A DNA stretch of 64,000 nt from assembly GCA_951406725.2 (NCBI GenBank), contig OX597821.1, forward strand, positions 50,530,001 to 50,594,000, written 5' to 3'. Numbering within the stretch: the first letter of the stretch is position 1; each line of letters opens with the position of its first letter. The notes under the pieces were generated by a model. That model saw nothing but the letters and a program-made list of their open reading frames with translations, made no database searches and was not told the origin of the DNA. The stretch is from Octopus vulgaris (taxonomy: Eukaryota). Positions 12,235-24,421 of this stretch are shown piece after piece. A program made the position numbers and the translations under genes.

Positions 12235-14931
12235 CCTTCTGTCTACCAATGGGTCCAATGGATCCATTTCAGTCTTTACAGTTGCTTTTTCTACTGCTTT
12301 TATTATTTGATTCTGCTGATTTCTCGTGACTTTTATTTTTTCTTGACTCTATTTTATTTGTCAAATGAGAAATTTTCCGTATGTTTATAAAAGCTAGAAA
12401 ATTTCACTTTATACATTAATTACCGTATGGGTCCATTGGACCCTCGAATTAAATTCAGACATTACTCCTGTCGTTCTAAACGGAATAAAAGCAGTATTAA
12501 ATATTATATTCCTAGATATTTATCAGATATAAAATAGATGAAATTGTATTCAATTTATTTGCTGAATTTTAGATAAAATAGGAAAAATTATGAAAATATT
12601 CCTGTGGTATTGCATCACCTTCAACCTGCTAGGTTGTAGGGTGATGTAAAATTTCTATAGTATGACGCAATTCTTACAATATATTGCATCATCTTTCAGG
12701 AGAGTATAAATATGAGAGAGCAATATCTGCCTTTAGTCTGCTATCAAGTTTCATGTTGTTCAGTTGTGCTTTCCAATATGATTAGACGTGAAAACTTGAG
12801 TGAAGACCAAATATCAAAAAGGCGATTAGAATTAGATGAAGAATGAGAAGAAGATAGTAGTGATTCCTTCTATTGATCTGAAGATGATGGTGATAGTGAT
12901 TGTGAGCTGGAAAATTTAGATTCTGTATAATCAGATTATGAAGATACTCAAAAACAATTATCTGCAAGCCACCCAATTATGAATGCGCAATATGTTTCTA
13001 GAGATAGACAAGAAGCTTGGCATTCTAATCCTCTTACTCAAGCAGCAGTAAGGACTTCATCTTGCAATATTGTGCGCTGAGAATGTGGACCATCCCATTT
13101 TGCTAAAAGGTCTTGCAATAGCATTGAAACATGTTTCACTATCTTTATGCGCCATGGACAAATGTTGAAGGTCAGGTTGTTTACAAAGATAAATGGAAGG
13201 AAATGGATCACGCTGAACTAAAGAAATTTACTGGACTGATTATTCTTATAGGTGTTTGTAAATCTAAACATGAAAATGTCGCACAGTTATGGAGTCAAGA
13301 AGATGGAAGCCCAATATTCAACAAAATTATGAGCCGGGGAAGGTTTCAACAGATTTTTAGAGGTATTGCGTTTTGATGATGCTAGTGCAAGAAGAAAAAA
13401 GAGAAATGATGATAAATTGGAGCCCATAAGAGAAGTATTTGAAATGTGGAATCAGAATTTGCAAAATGGATATGTTCCAAGTTGATGCATGACAATTGAC
13501 GAACAATTAGTTTCATTCAGCGAGCGCTGCCCATTCCGGGTATATATTCCTTCAAAACCAGGGAAATATGGAATTAAAATTTGAGCAATATGCGACAGTG
13601 AAACATCTTATGCCTGGAAAATGCAAATCTACACTGGAAAAGTCCCAGTAAAAGGGACAGAGACAAATCAAGGTTCAAGAGTTGTTGAAGACCTATTAAA
13701 AGAACTTGAAAATACTGGTCACAGTATAACTTGTGATCATTTCTTTACAAGTCTAGGATTGGCTTGAAAGCTGCTTAACAAGAAAAGTACTTTAGTTGGA
13801 ACAATTAGAAAGAACAGAGTTGAACTTCCAAGTGCTTTCACAAATGGAAAAGAAAGAGAAATCAACAGCACAATATTTGGATTTCAAAAAGATTCCATGA
13901 TCCTATCTTATTGCTCCAAGAAAAATTATGTAGTCACACTTATGAGTACAACGCATTCTCAGCCTTCAATTGATCCAAAAAGTGCTGAAAAGAAACCTGA
14001 AATTATTACATGTTACAACAAAGCAAAAGGAGGAGTAGATACTCTAGATTAGATGGTAAGGCCATACACTTGCAAAAGAAAGACTCGAAGATGACCTATG
14101 GTTATATTCTACAGCATGACTGATATAAGTGCAGTGAATGCTTTCATTGTTGCTAAACAGCTTCACTTGCAAAGTTTCAAGGATAAAAGAAGACAGTTCC
14201 TCATTCAGTTAGGAAAGCAATTTGCTGGAGTTAATGCTAAACAAGAACATAACAATCTTCTAGTTCTGCTAACATTTCTCAACCAAACAAGAAAAGAAGA
14301 TAATCTTCAACCTCATTTGAGATTCCTCAGCCAAAGAAAAAAAGATGTTCTTTGTGTGACCCACAAAAAGACAGGAAAACTCGTACTACATGTAATAATT
14401 GTAATATCCATGCTTGCTAAGAACATTCCAATGTTGTCAGCATTCACTGCCATGAAGAACTGTAATTCTGTATTTTTGTAATTTTTAAAATTTATAATAT
14501 ATTCTGTAAGCTGTATTTCTTAAAATTAAAATTTGTGAGAAACAGTAATTCTTCATTCACCTGATAGCATATATAATGTAGCTAAGAAATAGTGGTAGTT
14601 TGAATAAAATTTAGTTAAAAGAAACATATTGGGCGGCGAGCTGTTAGAAACGTTAGCACGCCGGGCGAAATGCTTAGCGCTATTTCGTCTGCCGCTACGT
14701 TCTGAGTTCAAATTCCGCCGAGGTCGTCTTTGCCTTTCATCCTTTCGGGGTCGATAAATTAAGTACCAATTACGTACTGGGGTCGATGTAATCGACTTAA
14801 TCCCTTTGTTTGCCCTTGTTTGTCCCTTCTATGTTTAGCCCCTTGTAGGCAGTAAAGAAATAAGAAACATATTGGGTCCATAGGACCCAGTTGGTAATGA
14901 GTGACATACATTTTCTCAGGTAGACCAAGGG
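12235..14931 (+). mobile_element. piggyBac transposon, full span, transposase pseudogenised
   Basis: TTAA|CCTTCTGTCTACC ... GGTAGACCAAGGG|TAAA; sub-terminal gggtcc/ggaccc motifs; TIDEQLVSF..RCPFRVYIPSKPGKYGIK, TCDHFFTS, YNKAKGGVDTLD, Cys-rich C-terminus. Confidence 0.92.
14632..14861 (+). mobile_element. SINE family B inserted in the piggyBac
   Basis: Full head, core and tail; TSD aagaaacatattgg(g) at 14619 and 14862. Confidence 0.92.
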
Positions 14932-15330
14932 TAAAGTTAAAATACAACTGGGTAGATGTGTTGGGCTACGAGAAAAAAGTTCTGTTGTGGAAATCAGCTG
15001 CCCTGTGGACACTAAAATTATCAGAAAATACAAGAGAAAGAGGACACCTATGGATCATTAAGTAGGAATTTCCATATCCAGGACCCAAGATACACTTTCA
15101 TTTTGACAACTATCATTATTGGAGCAACGGGACACGTACAAACCCACCTGAGCAAAGCATGGCTGAACTTGGAGTTTTGAAGTTTTCTAATGCATAAGCA
15201 ACAAATGATCCTGATATTTGGGACTCTCAAAGTTTGCAAGGTCTTAAGATTTAAAATATGATAAGCTAAGGTACGACAAATATAACTTACCTAAAAAGTA
15301 GCCACCGCAAAAATCAGAGTAGCTGAAGAT
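14932..15330 (+). pseudogene. 3' part of the RLE LINE split by the piggyBac
   Basis: Continues IKTAI|KVKYN; VVEISCPVD, EKEDTYGSL and IIIGATG restriction-like endonuclease motifs. Confidence 0.7.
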
Positions 15331-15345
15331 TTATTTGAGCCCCAA

Positions 15346-15448
<103 letters not shown>

Positions 15449-15523
15449 CTTTCATCCATCCAACCGTTTGTTTGTCTGTTTTGTCTGTGTGTATGTGTGT
15501 GTTCACACACACACACATATACA

Positions 15524-15557
<34 letters not shown>

Positions 15558-15562
15558 CATAC

Positions 15563-15622
<60 letters not shown>

Positions 15623-15633
15623 TTTATAGAAGG

Positions 15634-15684
15634 AGCTTCTACAGGACTAGAACTGTTTCATTCAAAAGAAATCATCAGGAAGCT
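15634..15684 (-). ncRNA. Compact type I hammerhead ribozyme motif
   Basis: Minus strand: agcttc CTGATGA tttc-tttt-gaat GAAA cag-ttctagtc-ctg TA gaagct; stem I 6 bp, stem III 4 bp, GUA site. Confidence 0.85.
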
Positions 15685-15869
15685 AGGTGACAAGAATAGT
15701 TTTGGCATTTATACATTTAGGCAGGTTTAAAGGGGTGGTGGTGGGGGACTTTTGGGGCAGGCATGGCGCAAACTATCATTCTTAGGGGAGTGGTCAAAGG
15801 AATCAGTGATAAAGTAGATAAAAGAATAAATAGAATAATAGAGTTTTAGGTAAATAAGGAGACTCTCAC

Positions 15870-15879
15870 TTATACACAC

Positions 15880-15920
<41 letters not shown>

Positions 15921-15951
15921 TATATATATACATATATACACACACACACAC

Positions 15952-15988
<37 letters not shown>

Positions 15989-16169
15989 CATATATACATA
16001 CACATACACACATACATATGCACCCATTTACATACATCTACGTACACACCCATATCCATACTCATACATACACTCATATCTCTACACACATATATAAAAA
16101 AAATATAAATATAAATATAACTACAAAACCAAATATAAAGGAGGATATACACCCCCATACACACACGCT

Positions 16170-16227
<58 letters not shown>

Positions 16228-16255
16228 CATATACATACACACATACATACCCACA

Positions 16256-16293
<38 letters not shown>

Positions 16294-16517
16294 CATATAT
16301 ACATACACATACATATGCATATACATGCACACACATACACACACGTTTCTTCCCTAATTTTAATTTTATCTTTATCTTTACCTTTATTTTTATTTGGACC
16401 TCGACCCACCAGGCCAGCTCTCCCAAGGGAGCAAGCCTGGTCGGCCTAAAGACACCATTTATTGCCCTTCTCCTTCCTTTCTATCTTTCTTCCACTGATA
16501 CGAACACAAACACTAAC

Positions 16518-16557
<40 letters not shown>

Positions 16558-16999
16558 TCATACACATGCACAAACGCACGTGTTATATTCATACATACAT
16601 AAGTGTACCGACTTTCACATAAACGTACACATAACTATGTACACACAAAACCACATACACACATATATACATATACATATATATACATACATATACATAC
16701 ACATATATATACACATACACACACGCACATACCTACATATACATACACATATATACTTACACCAGTCATATACATACCTACATACACATACATGCATATA
16801 TCTATACATATACATACACATATATATACACATGCACATACCAATACACATACGCATATCTACGCACATACACGCACACACATCTATCTACATATATAAA
16901 AAAAGAAACCCAACAAGTCCATACATATACACACATACACATACATACATACATATACACGTATATATACTCATACATATATACACATATATACACATA

Positions 17000-17044
<45 letters not shown>

Positions 17045-17048
17045 CATA
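15870..17048. repeat. Compound (TA)n/(CA)n/(CATA)n low-complexity region
   Basis: Visible directly; source of the YIYI/HTHT ORFs. Confidence 0.9.
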
Positions 17049-17050
17049 TG

Positions 17051-17313
17051 GCAGATAAGAAAATGGAGAGGATACAAAACGATATACATCATCCAGTAGA
17101 CATTCCATACCGGATGATGTATGTCATTTTGTATCCCCTCCATTTTCTTATCTGCTGTATAAATTAAGGGTAAACCACTTTTTACCCCCGCCCATATTTG
17201 ACAATTGCGAGATTGCCACGCAATAACCAGCATTTGGGTATGAATTATTGGGTATACTACCAGCAGTATATTGGATAGGTACTATCCCTTAGTTGGTTGG
17301 TTTCCCAACCTCT

Positions 17314-17316
<3 letters not shown>
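17051..17316 (+). mobile_element. Short relative of the 2757-3558 element: 48-bp-arm hairpin plus ~160-nt tail
   Basis: Arms 17051-17098/17108-17155; tail gggta..cagtatattggata..tatccc..ggttg..caacc is shared with 3396-3558. Confidence 0.65.
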
Positions 17317-17377
<61 letters not shown>

Positions 17378-17516
17378 GTTGAAGTTTACATAGAAACAAA
17401 AGACGAAGGCAGGTGTATAAACAACGGGTAGGAGCATTAGTTTGACGCTCAGGAAAGCGAGTAAGTCTTTCACGTTTCGAGCCTACGCTCTTCAACAGAA
17501 AGGAACACGATGAAAT

Positions 17517-17520
<4 letters not shown>
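17378..17520 (-). mobile_element. Penelope-like pLTR fragment with minimal hammerhead (CUGUUGA core, GUG triplet)
   Basis: Homologous to 32186-32390; minus strand ctttCTGTTGAagagcgtaggctcGAAAcGTGaaag; ends in (TA)n. Confidence 0.65.
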
Positions 17521-17582
<62 letters not shown>

Positions 17583-17644
17583 AAGAAAAAAACTTTTGGA
17601 GTTAGCGGTCAATCATGGTGATATATATATGTATATATAAACAC

Positions 17645-17835
17645 ACACCGATAGAGTAAGTACTAAGCTTACAAAGAATAAGTCCTTGGTCAATTTGTTG
17701 GACTAAGTGCAGTGCTCAAACATTGCCGCAGTCAGATGACTGAAATAAATAAAAGAATAAAAGAATATACAACGGCGGTGCTCCAGTATGACCGCAGCTT
17801 TTATGCTGAAACAATTTAAAGAATGTAAAGAATAT
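17645..17835 (+). mobile_element. SINE family A 3' tail, partly duplicated
   Basis: accgatagagtaagtactaagcttacaaagaataagtcc...gccgcagtc...actgaaa, then a second ggcggtgctccagtatgaccgcag. Confidence 0.7.
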
Positions 17836-17937
17836 ATACGAATACGTCTGCCTGTCTTCTGTCTATCAGTCTGTCTATCTGTCTCTCCCCTTCTCTTTGT
17901 ATATATATATATATATATATAAATTATATACATATAT

Positions 17938-17995
<58 letters not shown>

Positions 17996-18182
17996 TATGA
18001 ATTTTATACATACATATAAATTATATATATATACAAATTTAAAAAATAATTTTTCCCTTACAAATCTTGAAAATTTGCCTTGCAATGAAAACCGTTTGAT
18101 TTCCTTTTTGTATATTTTTCATACACCCATTTTTATTAAAATTTGCTTTCAGTTTAGCATTCTGCCTTCTTATTTTTCCTCT

Positions 18183-18243
<61 letters not shown>

Positions 18244-18249
<6 letters not shown>

Positions 18250-19079
18250 TAATAAATAAAATATATGCATACATACATACATACATATATGTACGTACCT
18301 ACATCTACATGTATATATACATGCATATATAAATATATATATGTGAGTACAGGACACCACAAATAGACGTAGAACTCAACGAGAAACGAAAACGTAAAAA
18401 CAAACATGGAAACGGACTTTTTTAACAACGAAAAAGCAGAGTACAAGACAAACAATACAAGGAAAATTCCCCTTCATCAGCTGTCCCTAGTTCGACTCCA
18501 TGCGTGTTTCGAAGGTAAGGACAGAACACAACTCGTCGAACTAGCCCTTCCTGTGAAAGAATTAAATAAAATTCCTTTGCAGAGGGGTAAAAACAAAGAG
18601 AGAAAAAATGTGACAAAAATAGGACGTAAAAACAATACAAATAAAAAACAAATACAAAATAAAAATACAAATACAAAAAATACAGTACAAGTAAAGAATA
18701 AAAACAGGACAAGGAAACAAACATTGAGGGCTTTTTTTAGCCTAGACGATGGAAAAATTCAAGAACGCAGGAAAAAAGCATGTTCACTTGTAGGAGGCCG
18801 CCAGCGAAAGGAAGTGGTCGGCTCGGCTGTGTGAGAGATGAGGAGGAGTGAGAGAGAGAGAGAGAGATAGAGAGGAAAGGAAACCAGAAAGGGTGAAAAA
18901 TAAGAAGGAGAGAGACAGGCAAAGAGGAAGACAGACAGGAAGGAAAGGGAAGGTCAAGCAAAGGGTTACAGAGTTTCGCGTCATAATTATATATAAAAAC
19001 TTACTTGGAGAACAGAAAAGAAACGAAACGACGCGAGGGCGCCCAGTCATGCAATAAATTAATAAATAAAATATATGCA

Positions 19080-19112
<33 letters not shown>

Positions 19113-19444
19113 GTACGTACCTACATCTACATGTATATATACATGCATATATAAATATATATATGTGAGTACAGGACACCACAAATAGACGTAGAACTCA
19201 ACGAGAAACGAAAACGTAAAAACAAACATGGAAACGGACTTTTTTTAACAACGAAAAAACAGAGTACAAGACAAACAATACAAGGAAAATTCCCCTTCAT
19301 CAGCTGTCCCTAGTTCGACTCCATGCGTGTTTCGAAGGTAAGACAGAACACGACTCGTCGAACTAGCCCTTCCTGCGGAAACTCTGTAACCCTTTGCTTG
19401 ACCTTCCCTTTCCTTCCTGTCTGTCTTCCTTTTTGCCTGTCTCT
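18244..19444 (-). mobile_element. Non-coding tandem element (one ~810-bp unit plus a ~320-bp partial unit plus a 5' inversion); retrozyme/Penelope-like
   Basis: 18244-18555 repeats at 19054-19376; 19378-19444 is the reverse complement of 18911-18977; 3' end abuts (TA)n. Confidence 0.75.
18465..18545 (-). ncRNA. Hammerhead-like motif with non-canonical strand order (second copy 19288-19367)
   Basis: Minus strand: tgtgTT-ctgtcc-tta-ccttc-GAAAcacg-catgga-gtcgaactag-ggacag-CTGATGA-agggg. Confidence 0.55.
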
Positions 19445-19566
19445 AATTGTATTGTTCAATTAAACGGAGCTGCTTAAAAAAAATCGTGCTGCATCAACTC
19501 TTGATATCCTGTTGCTTATTTTGATATATATATAATTTTTTAAATTTATTATATATTGATAATTCA

Positions 19567-19621
<55 letters not shown>

Positions 19622-19635
19622 TTATATATAAGTAT

Positions 19636-19860
19636 TTGTGTGTCTGTGTTTGTCCCCCACCATCGCTTGACAACCGATGTTGGTGTGTTTACCTTCCCGT
19701 AACTTGGCGGTTCGGCACAAGAGACCGATAGAATAAGTACTAGGCTTACAAAGAATAAGTCCTGGGGTCGATTTGTTCGACTAAATGCGGTGCTCTAGCA
19801 TGACCGCAGTCAAATGACTGAAACAAGTAATAGAATATTATAGAATATAATAGAATATAA
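19636..19860 (+). mobile_element. SINE family A 3' half
   Basis: tgtgtttgtccccc...gaataagtactaggcttacaaagaataagtcctggggtcg...gactgaaacaagtaa. Confidence 0.85.
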
Positions 19861-19904
19861 GAATTAAAGAACATATATACATAGACACACACATATACAT
19901 TATA

Positions 19905-19940
<36 letters not shown>

Positions 19941-20626
19941 CGTGTGTGTGTATGTAAATGTATGTATGTATGTAAACGTTTTCCAGCAGTAACGTTTTCC
20001 AGCGACGAGATAAGTAAGTTAATACCCATGACACGAAGTCTTCAGTAAATCTGCATCGTAGCGTCTCTGTCAAAGTAAACACACCGTGATTAAATCACAT
20101 GTTTTTCTCTCGACGTTCAGAAAAGAGGTCGACTCGAATTGTTTAAGCATTAATTTTAACCACATGAGAAATCATGAACTCATTCCACTTCACGGGGAGA
20201 ATAGTAGTTTGTATCTATTATTAAACGTCGGAGCTAAGATCTGTCTTTTTGCTAAAAATATTTGCTCGTAAGCTTACTTTACGTTTTTGCTTAACGACGT
20301 GAAGTGCTATTTATTGACTTATTTACATTACTAACGCTTGTACAAATATAAAATCTCAGCAGAATAATTTAGTTCTGTTCGATTTCGTTCTGTTACAAAT
20401 AGTTAGGTGCTAATATTCTGTCTGTGTACAAAAATGAGCAAGCGACCTCTGATGAGGCTTTGGTAAATACTGAAACTAAGTTGATCTATCTGCTTTCTCA
20501 CTACAAGCATCAATAGCTGTGGTTTAGCAACTGTGTATACTGTATTGCACATCGATTATTCGTGTATGTATGTATGTATGTATGTATGTATGTATGTATG
20601 TATGTATGCATGCATGTGTGTGTGTC

Positions 20627-21010
20627 TATTCTTATATTCTTTTATTTGCTTCAGTCATTTAACTGCGGCCATGCTGGAGCACCGCCTTTAGTCGAACAAA
20701 TCGACCCCAGGACTTATTCTTTGTAAGCCTAGTACTTATTCTATCCATTTCTTTTGCTGAACCGTTAGGTTACGGGGACGTAAACACATCAACACCGGTT
20801 GTCACGTGATGATGGGGTGGACAGACACAGCCACACAAATGCACACACACACACAACAGTCTTCTTCCAGTTTCCGCCTACCAAATCCACTCACAAGGCT
20901 TTGGTCGGCCCGAGGCTATAGTAGAAGACACTTGCTCAAGGTGTCACACAGAGGGACTGAATCCAGAACCATGTGGTTGGTAAGCAAGCTGCTTATCACA
21001 TTGCCACTCC
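20627..21010 (-). mobile_element. SINE family A, full length
   Basis: tRNA head, ccttgagcaagtgtctt motif, internal (TG)n, 3' tail. Confidence 0.85.
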
Positions 21011-21167
21011 TACATCCCACATAGTCACTCCTGCTCTCCACACAGCCACTCCTGCGCCCCTCACAGCCATATGTACGTATGTGTGTGTTTACTAAAAAAT
21101 ATATATATATACTCATAGTTTGCCTTACATTTCTACAAACACACAGACAAACACAGACACAGACACA

Positions 21168-21220
<53 letters not shown>

Positions 21221-21329
21221 GCATACTTGAGCATGCTCCGTTGGGTTATCTTGTACGACTTGTTCTTTCAGCCATGAATTTCGTTCCGTTTTTGTTTTGT
21301 ACAACAACTTTGAGACCGCTTATCAATTA

Positions 21330-21700
21330 GTTTTGCAAGATTCCTGTTTCGGAGAGAGAACGTATTATATTTACCTTTCTGTATACGGTGAACTTCGGTG
21401 TTAGTCGGAGGAAGCACTGTTCTTCCGAGACGATTGTTGTATCTCCATAGATGTTCACGTTAGTGTCCCTGCAGAATTCGGCCGTTAGTGAGGTGTCTGT
21501 CACACATTTCCCATCGATCTCATCCGGGTATCTCCGTTTTTCTTCTTGCTTGATTTTACATTCTTGTGTATACTTCATCCATGTGAATTTCTTGTTGAAA
21601 TGTTTCTCGCATTTGAGTCTGACATCAACAGGATGTGACTTTTGCAGGTCTCTGGTATCAAAGAGCTCAGGTCTTATTTTTCTATTCAGCTACGTCCGAT
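21330..21700 (-). pseudogene. Possible Penelope-like ORF N-terminal fragment
   Basis: VNIYGDTTIVSEEQCFLRLTPKFTV resembles, from recall, the E..L.LG.KF motif upstream of PLE RT; could instead be a host exon (AAG|GTAAAT). Confidence 0.3.
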
Positions 21701-21879
21701 GATTGTTGAATTTGATTCTCCGTTTGAGTCAGAAGCAGTGAAATTTTTTCAAGGTAAAAATAGTTTTTTGTCGGTTTTAAGTTACTCTTGTTTTATTTAT
21801 TTATTATATATTTTTTTTTACCGAAATATTACCCGAGCTCAAATCAAAATGACTTCAAGAGAACGCTCCTGAAGAAATA

Positions 21880-22085
21880 ATTCTTTCTCGGATGGGCACA
21901 AAGCCTGAAATTTTGGGGGAATGACTGGTCGATTGCAGTGTTTAACTGGTACTTATTTTATCGACCCCGAAATCGATGAAAAGGAAAGTCTCACCCCGGG
22001 CAATTTGAACTCAAAACATAAAGACAGACGATATACTACTAAGCATTTTGTCCGTCGTGCTAACAATTCTTCCAGTTGGCTACCT
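21880..22085 (-). mobile_element. SINE family B, tail type 1
   Basis: ctggtacttattttatcgacccc...aatttgaactc...ctaagcattttgtccg. Confidence 0.75.
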
Positions 22086-22339
22086 TAATCCTGTAGAAAG
22101 AGATCAATTCTAAAAGAAAAAGTGGCGTCAGTTTAGATTATCTAAGTGTAGAGTATGGACTAGCCAAATCTATAGACTGTTTCGTTTCGAAAAGGAAGGA
22201 TGAGCTAAAAAGTGTATCGATGACCAAAGGTATAAGCTGGAATAATAGTATTCATGCCTTGTATAATAAAGAGATAGAAAATATTTATTCGTATGGATCC
22301 AAAAGAAATAGTTAGCTAGTAGTTTAGTGAGTGAATCAT

Positions 22340-23470
22340 TCTTTTTGTGAAAAAACCAGGTCTCTTTGTGAGTAGCTTGAGAAGTATGTTTCTAGTTCTG
22401 GTGCTGTGAATAATGCAAAATCTGTGAAGCAAGGGTTTGTTTGGATCTTTAAAAAAAACAACAAAAGAATTTCTGGGTGTTCAGCAGTGTTGTGAGGCAT
22501 GGTGAGATTGAGATTGCATACCAAAATGATTGAAGAAAAGCACCTCACTGAACTATACGAACTTCTGGGTGGGGTACATTTTGTTCGCAACAGGTTATAT
22601 TGATTGTTTTTGTAAAGGAAAAAATATGCTAGGAGGATCTACATTAGACAGAAGGAAACCAAATTTTTGGACATAAGTCAGTAAAGGTTAGGCTAACCAT
22701 ATTTTTCTCTTCAACAAGAATAGATCCAGTGCGCTTCCAAATGGGAGGCCTGGCTTATCAGAAACTTATGTACCACGTAGTTCGATGATGTGTTTGTCCT
22801 CACTGTATATAACTATCTGAAGGTTGAGTATCTTCTAGTGAAGGCTCTTCTTTCTCCCGCACCAAGTGCCAAAGGAGTTTGATTTTATCAATTTCCTGTC
22901 TCCTAATATTATGCCCTTGACAAAGCCCACAGATAAAAAAATGTGTATACAAAGCATCTCTTTAGGACTAAGTAAGTGACTTCTTCATGTGATATCCAAA
23001 GAGTTTCGGAAGAATCACTTGCATTTAATAGCGAAATGATAGGGAAAGCTTTCTTCTAAATTCTTGGTCTCTTCTTGGGGAATAGTGCAGCTTAATGCTG
23101 TATATGTAAGGAACTTTTGAGACGGAGCATTTGAATGTAAAGAACTTTTGAGACCTTTGAGACGGAGCTTATAATTAAAGAAATTGTGTACGAAGAGGAC
23201 GTGAATGACTTGGTTTAGAAGCATAGAAGAGAACTGAAGGAGTTTCATAGCAAAGAAACTTAATCCTTATAAAAATGACTGGATTCTGAGGAGAGACCAA
23301 AATATATAAAGAAGAGCTATATCAGAAGAGATGAAGAAGTTATTTTTCTGTCTCTGGCATGTTCTCACAGAACATTGGCTATTAGAAGACATTTTCACAA
23401 GATAAAAATCCCTGGGACAGTCATCATTCTGTATGTAAACACTAAAAATTTTCATTTCACTCGATTCTTA
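22340..23470 (-). pseudogene. Highly degenerate LINE C-terminal region (L1/Tx1-like?)
   Basis: Broken frames with a zinc-knuckle-like QHCEHPE..FF remnant (clearer in copy 2); no intact RT motif seen. Confidence 0.3.
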
Positions 23471-24421
23471 ATCTACTAGCATTCTACGAAGAAAAGAAAA
23501 GAAAATTATCCCATGAATTTTATTCAGACTAATTATTTCCATCTTTAATGAAATGTTTCACTTCATAAAGTATTTAATTAAAGTTGCAGGTCATGTCATG
23601 CGGATGATTTCTGAAAAGAATGAAATAGTGCTGTACATAATTACCTATGACTAAGAATTTTAAGAACTTCATACAAAGTAAAGACTAAAAATTAAATATG
23701 TGAATTCCATGCACCTTTTCCCTTAACATTCATTCATTTCAAATTCAAATTACTAATTCTGCCACGAATTATGACAAAATGATTATCTCCCTTGTAATAG
23801 CTGTAACTGTTTGAGGGACAACAAATGCCAGATGTGTAATACCTTCATGAAAAGTATTTCGTTATTTTTGGACTCAGCAGAAAAAAAAAAACAGGTAATA
23901 ACAGACGATTCTGACGATCAGTCCGAAAGGAATTATTCTACGAGGCTTAGAAGAGATGGCATCTTTTCTTCTCTTCAATAATTTTCTTAATTTTCTTCTC
24001 CTCCAGCTTTTCCCTTTGGCTGAGTAGCCTACCAGAATCAGGTGAAAATTTGTATGGGTTCTCAATTGTTATTTCATATCTAATTTTTTTCATGTTCAGT
24101 TGTTTCTTTTTTTAAAAATATCATTAAATCACTCCTTCATTTTACACATAATTTTTTATGCAATAAATCCCTTACTATTTATTAGTTTTTATACTTCGTG
24201 TGGGAGAGATCTTTGAAATGAGGTGTAGTTATTTTAATCTATATATTTTAATCTATATATTTTAATTTTCTTCCTGTTTATGTTTGTTGTTTATTTTACT
24301 GTACATTAATTAAATTGTTTTTATCGTAGTAATTTTTTTATTGATTATTATAAAATAAATGAAAGATTAAAGCAAATTGAATCAATAGAATTTCAAGCAT
24401 TAATAGTTTTTACAAAACTGC

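Noticed and set aside
12778-14481. Domesticated PGBD-type gene
   Set aside because: Multiple in-frame stops and frameshifts shared by both copies, with transposon termini still present
17051-17155. Pre-miRNA-like hairpin
   Set aside because: Better explained as the inverted end of a mobile element homologous to 2757-3558
18406-18834. 142-aa K/N-rich ORF in the tandem element
   Set aside because: Low-complexity A-rich strand, no recognisable domain, antisense to the ribozyme-like motif
20440-20495. CTGATGAG...GAAACTAAGTT hammerhead-like motif
   Set aside because: Stems I and II do not pair convincingly; at most a decayed copy
23905-23945. CTGACGATCAGTCCGAAAGG near the GIY-YIG remnant
   Set aside because: GAAA looks like the loop of a tcc/gga hairpin; no stem III or NUH site; opposite strand to the ORF
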